Shown: positions 62,156-64,000 of the stretch, piece after piece
Position numbering within the stretch: the first letter of the stretch is position 1
Layout: every line of letters starts with the position of its first letter
Assembly: GCA_050175015.1 (NCBI GenBank)
Contig: JBFXJJ010000005.1
Span: 1-64,000, forward strand
DNA length: 64,000 nt
Origin: Alphaproteobacteria bacterium
GTDB lineage: Bacteria > Pseudomonadota > Alphaproteobacteria > JBFXJJ01
Direction: 5' to 3'
Program-made: the position numbers and the translations under genes
Notes under the pieces: generated by a model
Databases searched by the model: none
What the model was told of the DNA's origin: nothing
The model's input: the letters and a program-made list of their open reading frames with translations, nothing else

Positions 62156-62854
62156 ATGAATATTGATAATGGGCGTGATTTAATTAATGCCGATTTTGAG
62201 CTTCTCAAAAACACAAGTTTTTTTTCTAAGCTTAAAGATGAATCAATTAAAGATTTATTCAATGGCGCTTATGTGAAATGCTATTCTAAAGGTCAGCTTT
62301 TGTTTCTTCAAGGTGATATGGCTGAGGCTTTTTATATTGTTATTGATGGCTGGGTTAAGCTTTTCCGCAATAGTGAAGATGGACAGGAAGTTGTTATCGC
62401 CGCTTTCTCTCACGGTGATATTTTTGCCGAAGCGGCTATCTTTGGTGAAGGTAAATATCCTGTTTCAGCATCTATAATTGAAGATGCTAAGCTTTTAGTC
62501 GTGCCAAGAAAAATATTTTTAGAACGGCTAAAAAATAATTCAGAATTATGTTTCGAGATTTTTGCATCTATGTCAAAACATCTGCGTTTTATGGTTAGCC
62601 ATATGGAACAAATGGGAACAAGATCTGCGCCACAACGATTAGCTGGTTTTTTATGCAATTTAGCTCAAGATGAAAATGGCAAAATTATAGCCAATCTTCC
62701 TCACGACAAAAGCCTAATTGCGGCAAGACTTGGAATGCAGCCCGAAACGCTTTCTCGCTCTTTTGCCAAATTAAAATCTATGGGAGTAGAGGTTGATGGG
62801 CTTAAAATTATTATAAATAGTTTACTTAAATTAAAAGATTTTGCTGGAGAATAA
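62156..62854 (+). CDS. Crp/Fnr-family regulator (HcpR/DNR-like)
   Basis: cNMP-binding fold; HTH LGMQPETLSR; no N-terminal FNR Cys cluster; divergent from hcp. Confidence 0.92.
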   Translation: MNIDNGRDLINADFELLKNTSFFSKLKDESIKDLFNGAYVKCYSKGQLLFLQGDMAEAFYIVIDGWVKLFRNSEDGQEVVIAAFSHGDIFAEAAIFGEGKYPVSASIIEDAKLLVVPRKIFLERLKNNSELCFEIFASMSKHLRFMVSHMEQMGTRSAPQRLAGFLCNLAQDENGKIIANLPHDKSLIAARLGMQPETLSRSFAKLKSMGVEVDGLKIIINSLLKLKDFAGE

Positions 62855-62855
62855 A

Positions 62856-63374
62856 ATGAAGCATTTTATATATGTTATTATTATGAGTGCAATTTGCATT
62901 GTTGGTAACTTAAATTATGTTCAGGCTGAAGAAAATAAGAATTTATATCATATTAATGTTACAAGTTATGAAGTAAAAAATCGTATTGTTGAGAGTAAAG
63001 TTCGCAATCATACGGTTAGAATTGACCAGCCTAAAGAATTTGGTGCTGATGATACAGCTCCAACCCCACCAGAATATTTGGCCATTGCATTTGGCAGCTG
63101 TGTCGTTTCTACTCTACGTTTTATTGCCATTTTAGAAAATATTGAAATCAAAAATATTCAAGTTGATGTAAGCGGTACCATTGATTTTTCTAAAGCCATG
63201 GAAATGCCAACCGAAAAAAGGGCAGGGATTGAAGGACTAAATGTTGACGTAAGTTTTGATTCTAATTTATCTAAAGCTGAAAAACAGTCATTGCTTGATA
63301 AGGCTCTGAATCGAGGCGCCGCAATCGATAATGTTATGAATAATACGAAAGTTATCTATAAACTAGTTGATTGA
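62856..63374 (+). CDS. Exported OsmC/Ohr-family protein
   Basis: SD GGAGA and ATG at 62856; signal peptide VQA|EE; IDQP..FG..D.APTPPEY...FGSC. Confidence 0.85.
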   Translation: MKHFIYVIIMSAICIVGNLNYVQAEENKNLYHINVTSYEVKNRIVESKVRNHTVRIDQPKEFGADDTAPTPPEYLAIAFGSCVVSTLRFIAILENIEIKNIQVDVSGTIDFSKAMEMPTEKRAGIEGLNVDVSFDSNLSKAEKQSLLDKALNRGAAIDNVMNNTKVIYKLVD

Positions 63375-63400
63375 AATCATATACTTTAAGTTATTCCAAC

Positions 63401-63793
63401 TTAAAAATTAAGTTTCATACCAAAATCGACTTGTTTAAACCCGAATTTTTGATAAAAACTAATGTTTATAGGATTTTTATTCCAAGCAAAAAGTCCAACC
63501 GATTGATATGAACCCTCTTTAATTTCAAGTATGATAGATGACATAATTTTAGAGCCAATTTTTTGATTTTGATGAATTGGTAAAACGGCAATGTCATAAA
63601 CCATACACATACAGCCGTCTTCTACAATTCTTCCCATACCAACTATTTTGTCATTATCCCAAGCTGTTATTATATAGGAAGATTTAGCAATTATTTCTTT
63701 CCATAGTTCCCCACGTTTTCCCCAGCCAACAGCATCTGTTAAATTATCAAGATCTACGATAGATAAATCTTTGGTTTGTTTATAAGTTATCAT
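63401..63793 (-). CDS. GNAT acetyltransferase
   Basis: VGMGR, DIAVLPIHQNQKIGS, FYQKFGF; likely start ATG 63793. Confidence 0.88.
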   Translation of the reverse strand: MITYKQTKDLSIVDLDNLTDAVGWGKRGELWKEIIAKSSYIITAWDNDKIVGMGRIVEDGCMCMVYDIAVLPIHQNQKIGSKIMSSIILEIKEGSYQSVGLFAWNKNPINISFYQKFGFKQVDFGMKLNF

Positions 63794-63854
63794 TCTTTCT
63801 ATACTTTCATAAAAACGTTCCGATATATAAAGCGGTTTTTGATGTTTATAGCGG

Positions 63855-64000
63855 TTATTCTTTAATATAACCTCGTTCGGTTGCTTCATCAAAATAATAT
63901 AAATAAAAAGGAACAGGGATATTAATCTGCGCAAATTGATTAGGTTTTATAATAGCATCTTGATAGCCGTCGTTAAAATAAGCAATATCAACTTGAGAAA
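63855..64000 (-). CDS. 3' end of an unidentified gene running off the window
   Basis: Open frame ...SQVDIAYFNDGYQDAIIKPNQFAQINIPVPFYLYYFDEATERGYIKE* ending at 63855. Confidence 0.55.
   Translation of the reverse strand, partial: SQVDIAYFNDGYQDAIIKPNQFAQINIPVPFYLYYFDEATERGYIKE

Noticed and set aside
63794-63934. Long N-terminal extension of the GNAT
   Set aside because: Overlaps the 3' end of the upstream gene; the GNAT fold begins at MITYK.

Overview
AT-rich bacterial chromosomal window, standard genetic code. No rRNA, tRNA, CRISPR array, integrase or transposase was recognised. The genes suggest a low-GC, anaerobic or microaerophilic Gram-negative, possibly an alphaproteobacterium (inference only). 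Energy genes: the end of an nqr operon, a complete N-type ATPase operon (atpDCQRBEFAG) with a Na+-type c subunit, and apbE-rseC-rnfBCDGEA. Metabolism and transport: pruA, a decarboxylase-speY-speB polyamine operon divergent from arcC, ade, guaC, a DtxR-feoAAB unit, mnmA and an hcp/Crp-Fnr unit. Surface: two tandem subtilase autotransporter-like proteins and a ~15 kb glycan-modification locus (rmlBA, VioA, WbqC, A-domain/ACP, PAPS synthesis, sulfotransferase). Best leads: (1) a GC-rich, riboswitch-like leader in front of the polyamine operon; (2) a free-standing minus-strand sRNA candidate at ~44.3 kb with an (AAN)n loop and an SD-like G run but no start codon; (3) a DapE with a nested duplicate dimerisation domain; (4) a subtilase with catalytic His replaced by Glu; (5) a uORF/anti-SD attenuator before an ABC-F gene. 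Two genes (speY, FkbM) each lack one base, probably from assembly error. All calls come from reading motifs by eye; no database searches were run.
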